Made by a program: the position numbers and the translations under genes
In this document: in pieces, positions 52,853-62,934 of the stretch
How the letters are laid out: every line of letters begins with the position of its first letter
How positions within the stretch are numbered: the stretch's first letter is position 1
Assembly (NCBI GenBank): GCA_965261735.1
Contig: OZ253470.1
Coordinates: forward strand, 2,176,001-2,240,000
Length of the DNA stretch: 64,000 bases
Reading direction: 5' to 3'
From: Alphaproteobacteria bacterium
Lineage (GTDB): Bacteria; Pseudomonadota; Alphaproteobacteria; SHVV01
Notes under the pieces: generated by a model
Databases searched by the model: none
Told to the model about the DNA's origin: nothing
Seen by the model: only the letters and a program-made list of their open reading frames with translations

Positions 52853-53393
52853 TTCCGACCCGGACGGCACGAGCATTTTTCCATCGGTCGACACGGTGGC
52901 GAAAAAAACCGGCTTGTCCGCGCGCCCGGTGCAACGGCACATGCGGGCGCTCGAACGCGAGGGCGTGTTAGTCCGGGTGGCAAGATCGAGGCGCCACCGG
53001 CCGAACGAATACCGGATAGACCTGCAGGCTTTAGGGGTGTCGCCAGCAACACCCCTAGACGGTTTAGAGGCGTCAGCAGCGACACCCCTTAAGGGGCCTA
53101 GGGGTGTCGCTGCGAGCGTTAGGGGTGTCGCTGCTGACGCTAAGGGGTGTCGCTGGCGGCACCCTACCTACCAGGACCAATCATTTGACCTGCGTAACTC
53201 GCCGCTCGCCTCGCCTGCCGAAGGGCAGGCTCGCGGCGAGACACCGACGCGGGAAGATATCGAAGCTGAGATTGCGAGCTGGCAAGCAGGGCTGGACGAC
53301 CTTGACCTGACCAATCCAAATCAATGCACGCTTGCTACGTTGCCGCGGCGAAAAATCGACGAGTTGCGCGCCAAATTGGAGGACGCCGCATGA
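52853..53393 (+). pseudogene. Phage-type HTH replication initiator, 5'-truncated
   Basis: IFPSVDTVAKKTGLSARPVQRHMRALEREG..NEYRI (HTH_36-like) followed by a repeat-encoded linker. Confidence 0.7.
53031..53165. repeat. Iteron-like repeats within the replication gene
   Basis: AGGGGTGTCGC x4 direct plus inverted GC(A/G)ACACCCCT x2. Confidence 0.75.
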
Positions 53394-53447
53394 CCGAGGC
53401 CGCGTTCCTAAGTACCGTGCGCGCCATAACCGAAAGGACACCTACCG

Positions 53448-53717
53448 ATGACCGATGAACAGAACAAGCGCCCCTCAATGTCAGCAACAGAAACTGCCGC
53501 CTTGGCTGCGATGCTTTACATCCGAATGGCTGCACGCGATCCGAATAGGCCGGAAAGCCGACACGTCGATTTCCAATTCCCACTCGACGACTGGCGTTTG
53601 CTGTTCGACCGGGCGTTGAACGTCGCGCTAGGGTTTCAAGACAGGGAATCCCTGGAAGATCGGGTGTGCACCGTCACGAAGTGGCTCATAGACGGACATG
53701 ACAAGCAATACCCATAA
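53448..53717 (+). CDS. Hypothetical protein of the mobile element
   Basis: 89-aa ORF, AAGGA SD, lower GC. Confidence 0.5.
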   Translation: MTDEQNKRPSMSATETAALAAMLYIRMAARDPNRPESRHVDFQFPLDDWRLLFDRALNVALGFQDRESLEDRVCTVTKWLIDGHDKQYP

Positions 53718-53840
53718 CCTGCTCCTGAATGTGCCATGCCTTGTTGACGCCAACGAGGGCGAAGCGGCCACCTTGGACGCGATGATAGCCGACTACCAAG
53801 ACCAGCTTGCCGAGATTGACCAGCTTGAAAGGATCGCAGC

Positions 53841-54989
53841 ATGAACTGGTGCGCCAGTCAAAAGAGCGGCAGCGCATGGCCGAATTGGGCCGCGCCGAAA
53901 GTCTCACCGACGAGACCCGCGCCGAACTCGACACCATCGAGACCGGCACGCCCGACCTTGAGCGCCAGTTGCGCGCCGCGACGGTCGCCGTCGATGACGA
54001 GGAGTCCGAGCAGCGCGCGGCCGTGAAGGCCGGCGACAAGCCCGAGGGCGACACCGAGGACCGCGAGCGCGCCGAGCTGCGCGCCAAGGTGCGCCTTGGC
54101 TCCTACGTCGCAGCGGCAATCGAACAACGCGCCGCGGCCGGACCCGAGTCCGAATACATACGCGAGCTTGGGGATCGCGGGCAATCGCCTCCCGCTGGAA
54201 CTTCTGGCGCCACCGCCCGAGCGACGCCGCGCCGCCGGCGACGAGCACCGCGAGACCACCTCCGTTGACACTCAGACCATGCCGCGCACATGGCTTGATC
54301 GCCTGTTCGCCGAGACTGCCGCCATGCGGCTCGGAATCAGCATGGAGTCTGTCCCTGTGGGCGCCGCGAGCTTCCCCGTCACCACGGCGGGCGCCAGCGC
54401 GGCGCAGCGCGGCAAAGACCAAGCGGCGGCCGATACCGCCTGGACGGTTGGCGTCGTGGAAATGAAGCCCAAGCGCAACGCCGCAACGCTCAAATTCAGC
54501 ATCGAGGACACCGCCCGGATTCCGGGCCTGGAGTCGGCGCTGACGCGCGATCTACGCATGGCGTTGACCGAGGGCATTGACCGAGCGATTTTCACCGGCG
54601 ATGACGGGGCGAACCCGAACGCGGGCGATATCGTCGGCCTGCAAACTGCCGCGATCACCGAAACCACGATCACCCAGGCGAGCAAGATTCTTGGCCCCGG
54701 CACGCTCGGCGCGTTTACCGGCATGGTTGACGGGATTCACGCCAACATGCTCGGCGACCTGAACGTGGTCGCGGCCGTGGGCGCCTATCGCCTGTGGGAA
54801 AACACGGTCATCAATACGACCTCCACCGTGACGACGATGGCTAAGTTCCTCCGCGATGCCGGGCTGTCGTGGTCGGCGCGTGGCGAGATCGAGGAGAACA
54901 CCGCCAACGGTGATTTCGGCGCGTACGCGCTGTGGGACTTCGGGCTTCCCCGGACCTCGAACTTTCCGCGTATCAAGTTTGTGAACTGA
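53841..54989 (+). pseudogene. HK97-type major capsid protein with coiled-coil leader, frameshifted
   Basis: RQSKERQRMAEL..coiled coil; frame change ~54160; MKPKR, LESALTRDLRMAL..IDRAIFTGD. Confidence 0.75.
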
Positions 54990-55456
54990 TGGCGGGAGTC
55001 GAACGCCCCGCGGCGCTCGGCGAGATTCGCGTCGAAGGCCGCAAGCTCACCGGCACCGTGATGCGCTATGGCGAAGTGTCGCCGTCGCACCGCGAGCGGT
55101 TTGCGCCCGGCGCGATCCGCATGGCCGACGTCGTACACCTGGACCTCGCGCACGACCCCGAGCGCGTGATTGCGTGGGCGCCGAACGGCGGGCTCGAGCT
55201 GGCCGGCGGCGACGATGCGCTTGAGCTGGCGGCAGAACTGCCGCCTATCGCTGCCGCTAACCGCGCGCTCGAGGAAATCCGCGCCGGCAAGACCACCGGC
55301 TTGAGCGTCGAGTTTCGCGCCGTCAAGGAGTCGCGCGACGGCGACGTGCGCGTGATCGAGGACGCAATCTTGTCGGGCGTCGGGCTGGTAGGCGATCCGT
55401 CCTATGGCGGCGCCCGCGTTGAAGCGCGGGCGCGGAGGCGCCGCATATGGCTCTGA
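54989..55456 (+). CDS. HK97-type prohead protease
   Basis: LTGTVMRYG, RERFAPGA, HD, GLSVEF, GVGLVGDPSY. Confidence 0.85.
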   Translation: MAGVERPAALGEIRVEGRKLTGTVMRYGEVSPSHRERFAPGAIRMADVVHLDLAHDPERVIAWAPNGGLELAGGDDALELAAELPPIAAANRALEEIRAGKTTGLSVEFRAVKESRDGDVRVIEDAILSGVGLVGDPSYGGARVEARARRRRIWL

Positions 55457-55830
55457 TAGGGGAGCTCACCGAGGCCGATCTGGCGACCCTCACGGCCCTC
55501 GTCCTAAACCGAATCACGGAGTCCACGGCCAGCATGTCGGCGCCGTCGGATGCGACCGCCATGGAGATCGCGGGCGCGGCCGTCGTGTTCATGGTCCAAG
55601 TGGCACCCAAGGCGCCGGAAGCAATCGGGCGTGAGGCTGCCGTGAGGCTCGGCGGCTGGTTGCTCGACAACCGACCGGCCGTTGTCTCGCATGAAATCAC
55701 CGACCCCAGCGGCACGGCCGTCAAGCTGCAATTCGCCAACACGGCGGCGACCGCGAACGGATTTCGGCACTCGGGCGCGTCGGCGTTGGTAGCGCGCTAC
55801 ATCGTGCGCCGGGGCGGGATCATCGGCTAA
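55447..55830 (+). CDS. Putative head-tail connector
   Basis: APKAPEAIGREAAVRLGGWL..SGASALVARY; position within head module. Confidence 0.55.
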   Translation: MALIGELTEADLATLTALVLNRITESTASMSAPSDATAMEIAGAAVVFMVQVAPKAPEAIGREAAVRLGGWLLDNRPAVVSHEITDPSGTAVKLQFANTAATANGFRHSGASALVARYIVRRGGIIG

Positions 55831-55867
55831 TGCGCTGGCCGTGGTCGAAGCCCGAGGCGCGCGAGGC
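55830..55867 (+). pseudogene. 5' stub of the next gene (possibly portal), cut by an IS fragment
   Basis: TAATG-coupled start MRWPWSKPEAREA; identity inferred from context. Confidence 0.35.
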
Positions 55868-56667
55868 CATAGGTTGGAGCAGAGGTGTCGCCCGCGATGC
55901 CGAGCAATGAGCGGAAGGCGTTGAACGGGTAGAACCGCCTGTTGAAGCGGAAGGTGAACTCGTTGAGGTAGGCTTGTAGGTGCTGGTGGCTAACGCCGTG
56001 GTGGATACCGATCAGCCACGTCTTCAGGTTGGCGAAAACCAGATGGATGATCGGCAGGTATTGCTCGGCAACCTCTGGATCACCACACTCGGCAACAGCG
56101 AAGTGCTCATAGCCGCGCTTACCGAGGCCAGCATAGCCGCTCCAATCGTCAGTAACGATCAGCGATCGCGGCGCGACGGTGCTCTCGACGAACCCACAGA
56201 GCGACTCGGCGCTACGGTCGAGCACGACGGCGAGCCGAACGCGTCCGGCATAGCGTCCGTCTTTCCGGTTGTCGAGCTTGGTGCCCGGCTTTCGATGACG
56301 CACCTCGATGGCACAGGAGACGGGAACCTTGTGGTGAACACCACGGCCTTCCCCACGCGTTCGCCCGCCAACCCAGGTTTCGTCCACCTCAACATGGTTC
56401 TTGGGCTGTCCACCGATCCTGTCTTGGTTGGGCCGCACCATGCCCGAGCGGAGCTTGTGGAGAATTTGAAAGGCCGTCTCGTAGCGCGAAAGACCAAGTT
56501 GCCGCTGAAACTGCACGGCGGACATGCCGGGCGTCTGACTGGCGACCAGATAAGCGGCCCAGAACCAGACGTTCAGCGGAGTGTGGCTACGCTCCATCAC
56601 TGTTCCCACCGTCAGCCCGGTGTTCTGGCGGCACTTGCGGCAGCGCAGGACGCCAGGGCAGTTTTCA
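55868..56667 (-). mobile_element. IS1595 copy 3, internal fragment lacking both TIRs
   Basis: Matches the internal ~800 bp of copy 2; both ends missing. Confidence 0.9.
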
Positions 56668-56692
56668 GCCCGCCCCCGTTTCCTCCAGGAAT

Positions 56693-57250
56693 CTACGCTT
56701 CTTCCTCCCATCGCAAGATATCTTCCTGCAACGCCAAAAGCTTCTGCTCCAGCGTTGTGCCGAACAGCGGATCATCGGGCGGCTCGCTGAGCTGGCCGCC
56801 GATCTCCGCCCAGTCCTGTCAGCGGAGGATCTCCAATGCGGAGGGAAAGAAGAACTCCTCCTCTTCCTCGATATGGCGGTGATACGCCTCCACGAAACGA
56901 TCGGCCGCGTCGCCGAATTGTTGCCGGGAAATTGGCGCATGGAACAGTGCTTGGTGGGCCATGATACGAAAGTTGGCCAGCAGGTCCCTGAGTTCCGCGT
57001 GTGATGCCTCAAGATCGTCGAACGGCCCGGCAGCGCCTTCGTCGCGCTCACGCAGTCTGCGATAAACGGCATCTTCGAGGGGATGGTGATAGAGGGCGGG
57101 GTAATACTCGAGGTAGGCGAAAAGACCGTCGATGATTGGCTCGTCCAGGAAATCACCTGCCATGAAGAGGACGCGCTGCCGCTCGGCGACGCGGAGCAAT
57201 TTTCGCGTATTGCCGTGATCTCGGCGGAGCCTGAAGATGAGATCGGACAT
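56693..57250 (-). pseudogene. Hemerythrin-domain protein with an in-frame TGA at 56819-56821
   Basis: DH, YHHPLED, ASH, RHIEEEEEFFFP; frame continues QDWAEI..DPLFG after the stop. Confidence 0.8.
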
Positions 57251-57419
57251 CGCCACGTTTGCCAGCCCCACACTGGCTCGTTCGCTTGCAGCAAATAGGC
57301 TTCACAATTTACGTAATCACTCGCCGCAGTCACGGGAAGTCGCGCCCGCCAACACAAAACCGTGATCGCTGCCCGAGGGTCTGAGCCGCCGGATCCTATT
57401 CTCGGAGGGATTCCTGGCT

Positions 57420-60400
57420 CTACTCGGCTGGTGCTAGCGGGGCGCTCGGCGCGTCTTGGGGTGCCTCGCGGCCGAAGGTGCTGAGGCCGAAGTCTTCGAG
57501 GATGGCGTAGAGCGCGGGTACCAGGAGCAGGACCAGTATGGTCGCGGTCACCATGCCGAAGACGATGCTGACGACGAGCGGGATCAGCACCTGAGCCTGC
57601 AGGCTGCGCTCGGCGAGCAGCGGCAGGAGGCCGGCGATCGTCGTCAGCGAGGTTAGCAGCACGGCGCGGAAGCGGTCGCGGCTCGCCGCCGCGGCGGCCT
57701 CGTGGAGCGGCTGGCCGCGGCGCCCGTGCTGCTTGGTGAACGCGACCACCAGGATCGAGTTGTTGACCACGATGCCGGCGAGCGAGACGAACCCGATCAT
57801 GCTCGGCATCGACAGGTCGAGCCCGAGTATGAGGTGCCCCCAGACCACGCCGATCAGCGCCGTCGGGATCACCGCCATGACGATAAGCGGCTCGATGTAG
57901 CTGCGGAACAGGAAGCACAGCAGCAGATAGACCCCGGCCATCCCGAACAGGAACCCGCGGCGCACCGAGGCGCCGGTCGTCGCCGACTCGCTCGCCTGCC
58001 CCTCGAAGGTGACGCTGATGCCGGGATGGCGGCGTTCGAGGCCGGGCAGGAACCGGGCCCGGGTGTCGGCGATGATCTCGCTTGCGTTGGTGCGCCGGGT
58101 GTCGATCTCGCCCCGCAGGCTGACGGCTCTCTGGCCGTCGATGCGGGCGATGCGGGCGTAGCTGCGCCCGCTCTCGAGGATGGCCAGCGCCCCGAGCGGC
58201 ACGTGGCGGCCCTGCGGCGTGGTGACGGCGAAGTATTCGAGGTCGGCGAGGCTGTCCTGATCGACGGGCGCGAGCCGCACGTCGATCTCGTAAGACTCTG
58301 TCCCGACCTGGATCTCGCTCGCCGTGGTCCCGAAGAACGCCGAGCGGAGCTGCTGGGCGATCGTTGTCGAATCGAGGCCGAGCGCCATCGCGCCGTCGCG
58401 CAGGCGCAATCGAATCTCGGGTTTTCCCGGGCGTAGATCGTCGGTGACCTCGGCCACGCCGTCATAGCCGGTAAGCCAATCGCGGAGCTCGGTCGCCGCC
58501 CGTTTGAGGACATCGAGGTCCTCGCCCTTGATGCGGATGTCGATCGGCAGCCCGCCCGGCCCGAGCTGAAACTGCTTGTAGGTAATGGCGATGGCATCGG
58601 GCACGGTGCCCACAGCCGCGCGCCAGCGGTCGAGAAAGTCTTGGACCCGGGCGTCGCGCGTCTCGGCGCTCAGGAGATCGATGGTGACCGTGGCGACGTG
58701 GGGCCCGCTCTCGAACGCGTCCGCGTTCTTGTTGTATTGGACGTTGACGTTCCTGATCAGCGTCGTGCCGCTCGGCTGGCGCGGTGCAAAGTGCGCGGCC
58801 ACCGGCTCGAGCCCGGCGACGACGCGCGCGACAACCCTCTCGGTGCGGGCGAGCGGCGTTCCCTGGGGCAGGAGAATGCGGGCCTCGATGGCATCGCCAT
58901 CGATCTCCGGGAAGACGCGGAACTTAAGCACGCCGCCCACGACGGTCGCCAGCGAAGCCAGGATCAGGAACACGACGACGCCGACGAACAGGTAGCGCCA
59001 GGCGATGGCGAAGTCGACCGCCCGGCCGAGCACCCGTTCGCGCACCCACTCGAGCCCCTCATCGAAGCGGCGCCGGAAGCGGGGCTGCGCGGAGGCGTCG
59101 GCGTGGACGAAAGCGCGACTCAGGTGGTGGGGTAGAACCAGGAAGGCTTCGACGAGGCTGACGACGAGCGTCAGGATGAGAACGATCGGCATGATCCGCA
59201 GCACTTGGCCGATGTTCCCCTGCATGAAGGCGAGCGAACCCATGACCATCACCGTGGTCAGGAAGGACGCCACCACGCCAGGCGCGACCTCGCGGGTGCC
59301 CTGGGTGGCGGCGGCCAGCGGCGTCGCGCCGCGGCGCAGATGCGTGGCGATGTTCTCGGAGATGACGATGGCGTCGTCGACCATGAGGCCGATGGCGATC
59401 AGAAGCCCGACCATGGTGATGAGATTGAAGGAGAAGCCGAGCACCGACATCGCGAACACGGTGCCGAGGAAGGCGATCGGAAGCCCCAGCGCGACCCAGA
59501 AGGCGAAGCGCAGGTTGAAGAACAGCGCCAGCGTCAGCAGCACCAGGACCAGCCCGGCGGCGCCGTTCTTGAGCAGCAGGTTGAGGCGGTCGCGCACGAT
59601 CGAAGACACATCCTGGGTCAGCTCGAAGTGGACGCCAGGTGGCGCCGCCGCGCGTTCGCGGGCAACGAACGCCTTGACCGCCTCGACCACGTCGAGCGTG
59701 TCCTCCGCCTTGGTCTTGGTCAGCCGCAGCAGGCAGGCGCGCGCGCCATTGAAGACGATGCGCTCTTCCGCGTGCTCGAAGCGGTCGACGATGGTGGCGA
59801 TGTCGCCGAGCGGGATTTCCGCGCCGCTCTCGGCACCGACGACGATCAGGTCCTCGAAGCCGCGCGGCGAGCGCCGTTCCTCGGCGAAGCGCAACAACAC
59901 GTCCCGGCCCGAGGTCTCGAGAGTGCCCGAGGGCAGGGTGAAGCTCTGCCGGTTCACCGCCGCGGCGACGTCGGCCACGCTGAGGCCGTACTGGCGTAAG
60001 GCATGGGCCGGCAGCTGGATGCGGATCTGATGATCCGAAAAGCCCTGCAGCGAGCTTTGCGAGACCACGCCCTCGAGGCGCATGCGGTCGCGCAGGCCTT
60101 CGCAGTAGGCCTTGAGGTCGGCTGCGGCCATGGGGCCGCTCACGGCGAGGGAAGCGACGAAGTCGGTGAGGCCGAGCTGGCGTATGATCGGCTCTTCGAC
60201 CTCTTCGGGGAAATTGTCGATCGCGTCGACCTCTGTCTTGACCGCGTTGAGCAGGCGATCGAAATCCTCTCCCTCGCGCATTTCGGCGATCACCGTCGCC
60301 GTCCCCTCGCGCGCCTCGCAGCGCACTTCCTCGATCTCGTTCACGCCGTCGAGTGCGTCCTCGACGCGGCGGCAGATCGCTTCCTCGACGTCCTCGGCGG

Positions 60401-60557
60401 CGGCGCCGGGGTAGGCGATCCGGACCTCGACCTCGTCCGGGGCGATGGCGGGGAAGGTGGCGCGCTGGATCGACGGCGCGGCGGAGATGCCGAGCACGAT
60501 GAACACCACCATCAACAAATTGCCGGCCGTGGGATGGGCGGCAAAGAATTGAATCAT
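57420..60557 (-). CDS. RND efflux transporter permease (AcrB family)
   Basis: IGLMVDDAIVISENI, RFRAVLLTSLTT, LLLVPALY. Confidence 0.95.
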   Translation of the reverse strand: MIQFFAAHPTAGNLLMVVFIVLGISAAPSIQRATFPAIAPDEVEVRIAYPGAAAEDVEEAICRRVEDALDGVNEIEEVRCEAREGTATVIAEMREGEDFDRLLNAVKTEVDAIDNFPEEVEEPIIRQLGLTDFVASLAVSGPMAAADLKAYCEGLRDRMRLEGVVSQSSLQGFSDHQIRIQLPAHALRQYGLSVADVAAAVNRQSFTLPSGTLETSGRDVLLRFAEERRSPRGFEDLIVVGAESGAEIPLGDIATIVDRFEHAEERIVFNGARACLLRLTKTKAEDTLDVVEAVKAFVARERAAAPPGVHFELTQDVSSIVRDRLNLLLKNGAAGLVLVLLTLALFFNLRFAFWVALGLPIAFLGTVFAMSVLGFSFNLITMVGLLIAIGLMVDDAIVISENIATHLRRGATPLAAATQGTREVAPGVVASFLTTVMVMGSLAFMQGNIGQVLRIMPIVLILTLVVSLVEAFLVLPHHLSRAFVHADASAQPRFRRRFDEGLEWVRERVLGRAVDFAIAWRYLFVGVVVFLILASLATVVGGVLKFRVFPEIDGDAIEARILLPQGTPLARTERVVARVVAGLEPVAAHFAPRQPSGTTLIRNVNVQYNKNADAFESGPHVATVTIDLLSAETRDARVQDFLDRWRAAVGTVPDAIAITYKQFQLGPGGLPIDIRIKGEDLDVLKRAATELRDWLTGYDGVAEVTDDLRPGKPEIRLRLRDGAMALGLDSTTIAQQLRSAFFGTTASEIQVGTESYEIDVRLAPVDQDSLADLEYFAVTTPQGRHVPLGALAILESGRSYARIARIDGQRAVSLRGEIDTRRTNASEIIADTRARFLPGLERRHPGISVTFEGQASESATTGASVRRGFLFGMAGVYLLLCFLFRSYIEPLIVMAVIPTALIGVVWGHLILGLDLSMPSMIGFVSLAGIVVNNSILVVAFTKQHGRRGQPLHEAAAAASRDRFRAVLLTSLTTIAGLLPLLAERSLQAQVLIPLVVSIVFGMVTATILVLLLVPALYAILEDFGLSTFGREAPQDAPSAPLAPAE

Positions 60558-61969
60558 TTCACGGTGCTCGCGCCCATAGCTTCGGCGATCAGCGCGGCCA
60601 CGGTGTCGTCGTCGACCGGCGCCAGCAGCATGCCTTCGATGGCCGGCGATATATCGGAAACGACGACCCGCTCGCCGGCTTGGAGCCCCGCCTCGACGAC
60701 CGCGAAGTTGGTCTGCCGAAAGGCGATCGTGAGTTCGCGCGACTCGAGCCGGTTGTCCCGGTCGACGACGTAGACGCGCGTGCCCGCCAAGGCGGTGCGC
60801 GGCACCACCACGCGTTCCGGCAAGGGCCGGCCGCGCAGCTCGACCTCGACGAACAGGTTCTTGAACAGCGGCGGGCGGACGCCGCGCTGGGCCTGCCGGT
60901 AGGGATCGTCGACGGCGATGATCAACCCCATCGTGCGGGTCTGGGGGTCGACGGTTTCGCTGACGCGCGCGAAGCGGCCCTGCCACTCGGCGACGAAGTC
61001 GCCGCTGCGCAGGCGAACGATCGCCTCGAGCCCGAACAGCTCGGGGAGGCGGCGCATGTCCGCGAGCGTGAGCCCGCCGCTGTCGGGATCGGCGCCCACC
61101 AGGTGGCGCAGGCGGTCGATCGGGAATTGCGCGGCGACCTCGGAGACGTCGATCCCGTCGCCGACTGCAAGCACCTGGCCGGCACCGGCGAACTGGCTGT
61201 GCTCGACGTTGACGGCGCCGATGCGGGCATCGAACGGCAGCACGATCGTGGTGCGCTCGAGATCGAGGCGCGCGTCCGCCAGCCGCGCCTCATAGAGGGC
61301 GACCTTGGCGCGCAGGATCTCGCGCTCGGCAGGAACGAGGTTGAGGGCGTTGCGCATCGCCTGCACGCTCTGCTGGCGCCCGAGGAGCACGCGCTCCTCC
61401 TCGTCGACCCGGGCCTGGGCCAGCGTGCCGCGGGCGAGCAGCGTGCGCTTGCGGGCGAGGTCCGTCTCGTTCAGCTTGAGCGCGCGGACCTCGATGTCGA
61501 GCGAGGCGCCGTAGTTGCTCTCCTTGACCGCGAGCTCCTCGATCGCGGCGACGGCGCCGCGGACGTCGGCCTCGATCTGGGCCACCGCGAGCCGGTAGTC
61601 GGCGGGATCGATGCGCAGCAGGACGGTTCCCTTGGGCAGAATCTCGCCGCTCTTGAGGCGCGGGTGGATTTCGACGATCTTGCCGCCAACCTCGGCTACG
61701 GCCTCCCACACCGTGGCCGGCTCGACGCTGCCGTAGCCGAGCGCGCGCGGCACGACGTCGACTGCCGGGACGGCAACGACGCGCACGGCGCGCGCCCGTT
61801 CCTCGGGCGCCACCCGTTGCGGCTCCTCGCGGCCGCGTACGACGAGGACGACGAGAAGGATACCGAGCACGACCGGCGGCACGATCAGCCATCGCCGCAA
61901 CCTGCGTCCCGTCTTGTTCTTCCATCCTGGCGCCCTAGCGCTGACACGGCCGCCGCGGCGGCGATTCAT
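60554..61969 (-). CDS. RND periplasmic adaptor (membrane fusion protein)
   Basis: N-terminal TM, AEVGGKIV, LERTTIVLPFD, VDPQTRT, GLQAGERVV; start approximate. Confidence 0.9.
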   Translation of the reverse strand: MNRRRGGRVSARAPGWKNKTGRRLRRWLIVPPVVLGILLVVLVVRGREEPQRVAPEERARAVRVVAVPAVDVVPRALGYGSVEPATVWEAVAEVGGKIVEIHPRLKSGEILPKGTVLLRIDPADYRLAVAQIEADVRGAVAAIEELAVKESNYGASLDIEVRALKLNETDLARKRTLLARGTLAQARVDEEERVLLGRQQSVQAMRNALNLVPAEREILRAKVALYEARLADARLDLERTTIVLPFDARIGAVNVEHSQFAGAGQVLAVGDGIDVSEVAAQFPIDRLRHLVGADPDSGGLTLADMRRLPELFGLEAIVRLRSGDFVAEWQGRFARVSETVDPQTRTMGLIIAVDDPYRQAQRGVRPPLFKNLFVEVELRGRPLPERVVVPRTALAGTRVYVVDRDNRLESRELTIAFRQTNFAVVEAGLQAGERVVVSDISPAIEGMLLAPVDDDTVAALIAEAMGASTVK

Positions 61970-62126
61970 CGCGGGATCATAAACAAATGCGCCCCTGTGC
62001 GAGCAAATGCTTACTGCGACCGCGCGATCCGAATTGTGCTACGGTGGCGCGCACGAAAAAGGGATGGGAGGTCGGCCTCGCGGGCACGCGTGGGTCGAGC
62101 TCAGACCCTTCCTAGGGGGGGTGCGT

Positions 62127-62872
62127 ATGTCGCTGATCGAGGGCCGCAATCTCGAGGGAATCGCTTTTCTGAGCGGGCTCGCCGACGCGTCTCTTCGCGC
62201 GCTGGAGCAGAAGTGCCGATGGTACCGCTATGTGGCCAACGAGCAGATCCTCGACCGCGACAGCGAGAACCGCGACGTGTTCTTCGTCGTCAAGGGCGAG
62301 GTGCGGGTGGTGAACTACTCGCGCTCGGGTCGCGAGATCGCCTATGCGCGCGTCGGCCCGGGCGGCTATTTCGGCGAGCTCGCGGCGATCGACGGGCAGT
62401 CGCGCTCGGCCAGCATCGTCGCCGCCGAGGAGTGTTTGGTCGCGGCGCTGCCGCCGGACGTCTTCGTGGGCCTGCTCGCGGACAGCCCGGACTTGACCGT
62501 GCGCGTGCTCAAGCGCCTGTCCGGCATCATCCGCAGCTGCGACGACCGCATCATGGACCTGAGCACGCTGAGGGCGGTACAGCGCGTCTATATCGAGCTG
62601 CTGCGGCTCGCCGAGCTCGACGCCGCGACGCAGTCGCACTGGGTGATCTATCCCATGCGAACCCAAAACATGATCGCGACATGCGAACCCAAAACATGAT
62701 CGCGAGCCGCGCCGGAACCACCCGTGAGACCGTCGCGCGCGTTCTCGGCCAGCTCACCACCGCCGGCATCGTCGAGCGCAAGGCGAAAACCCTCTACGTT
62801 CGCGACCGCGCCCGCCTCGAGTTCCTCGCCGACGCGAGCGACCCCAACCGCGACGAAGAGGTGTCGCGCTAG
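62127..62872 (+). pseudogene. Crp/Fnr regulator frameshifted by a 26-bp tandem duplication
   Basis: FGELAAIDG..RSA cNMP domain; HTH IASRAGTTRETVAR in another frame. Confidence 0.9.
62654..62705 (+). repeat. Perfect 26-bp tandem duplication
   Basis: CATGCGAACCCAAAACATGATCGCGA x2. Confidence 0.95.
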
Positions 62873-62934
62873 CCCACAGCTTGCGCGAGCGCTCGCACGC
62901 GGGGGCGCTGTCCCCCCAACCCCCTTCTTCGAAG

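Noticed and set aside
53031-53165. CRISPR array
   Set aside because: Repeats are 11 bp, irregularly spaced, in both orientations and inside an ORF; no cas genes
56819-56821. Selenocysteine codon
   Set aside because: Position is not a Cys-type catalytic site and no convincing SECIS hairpin follows
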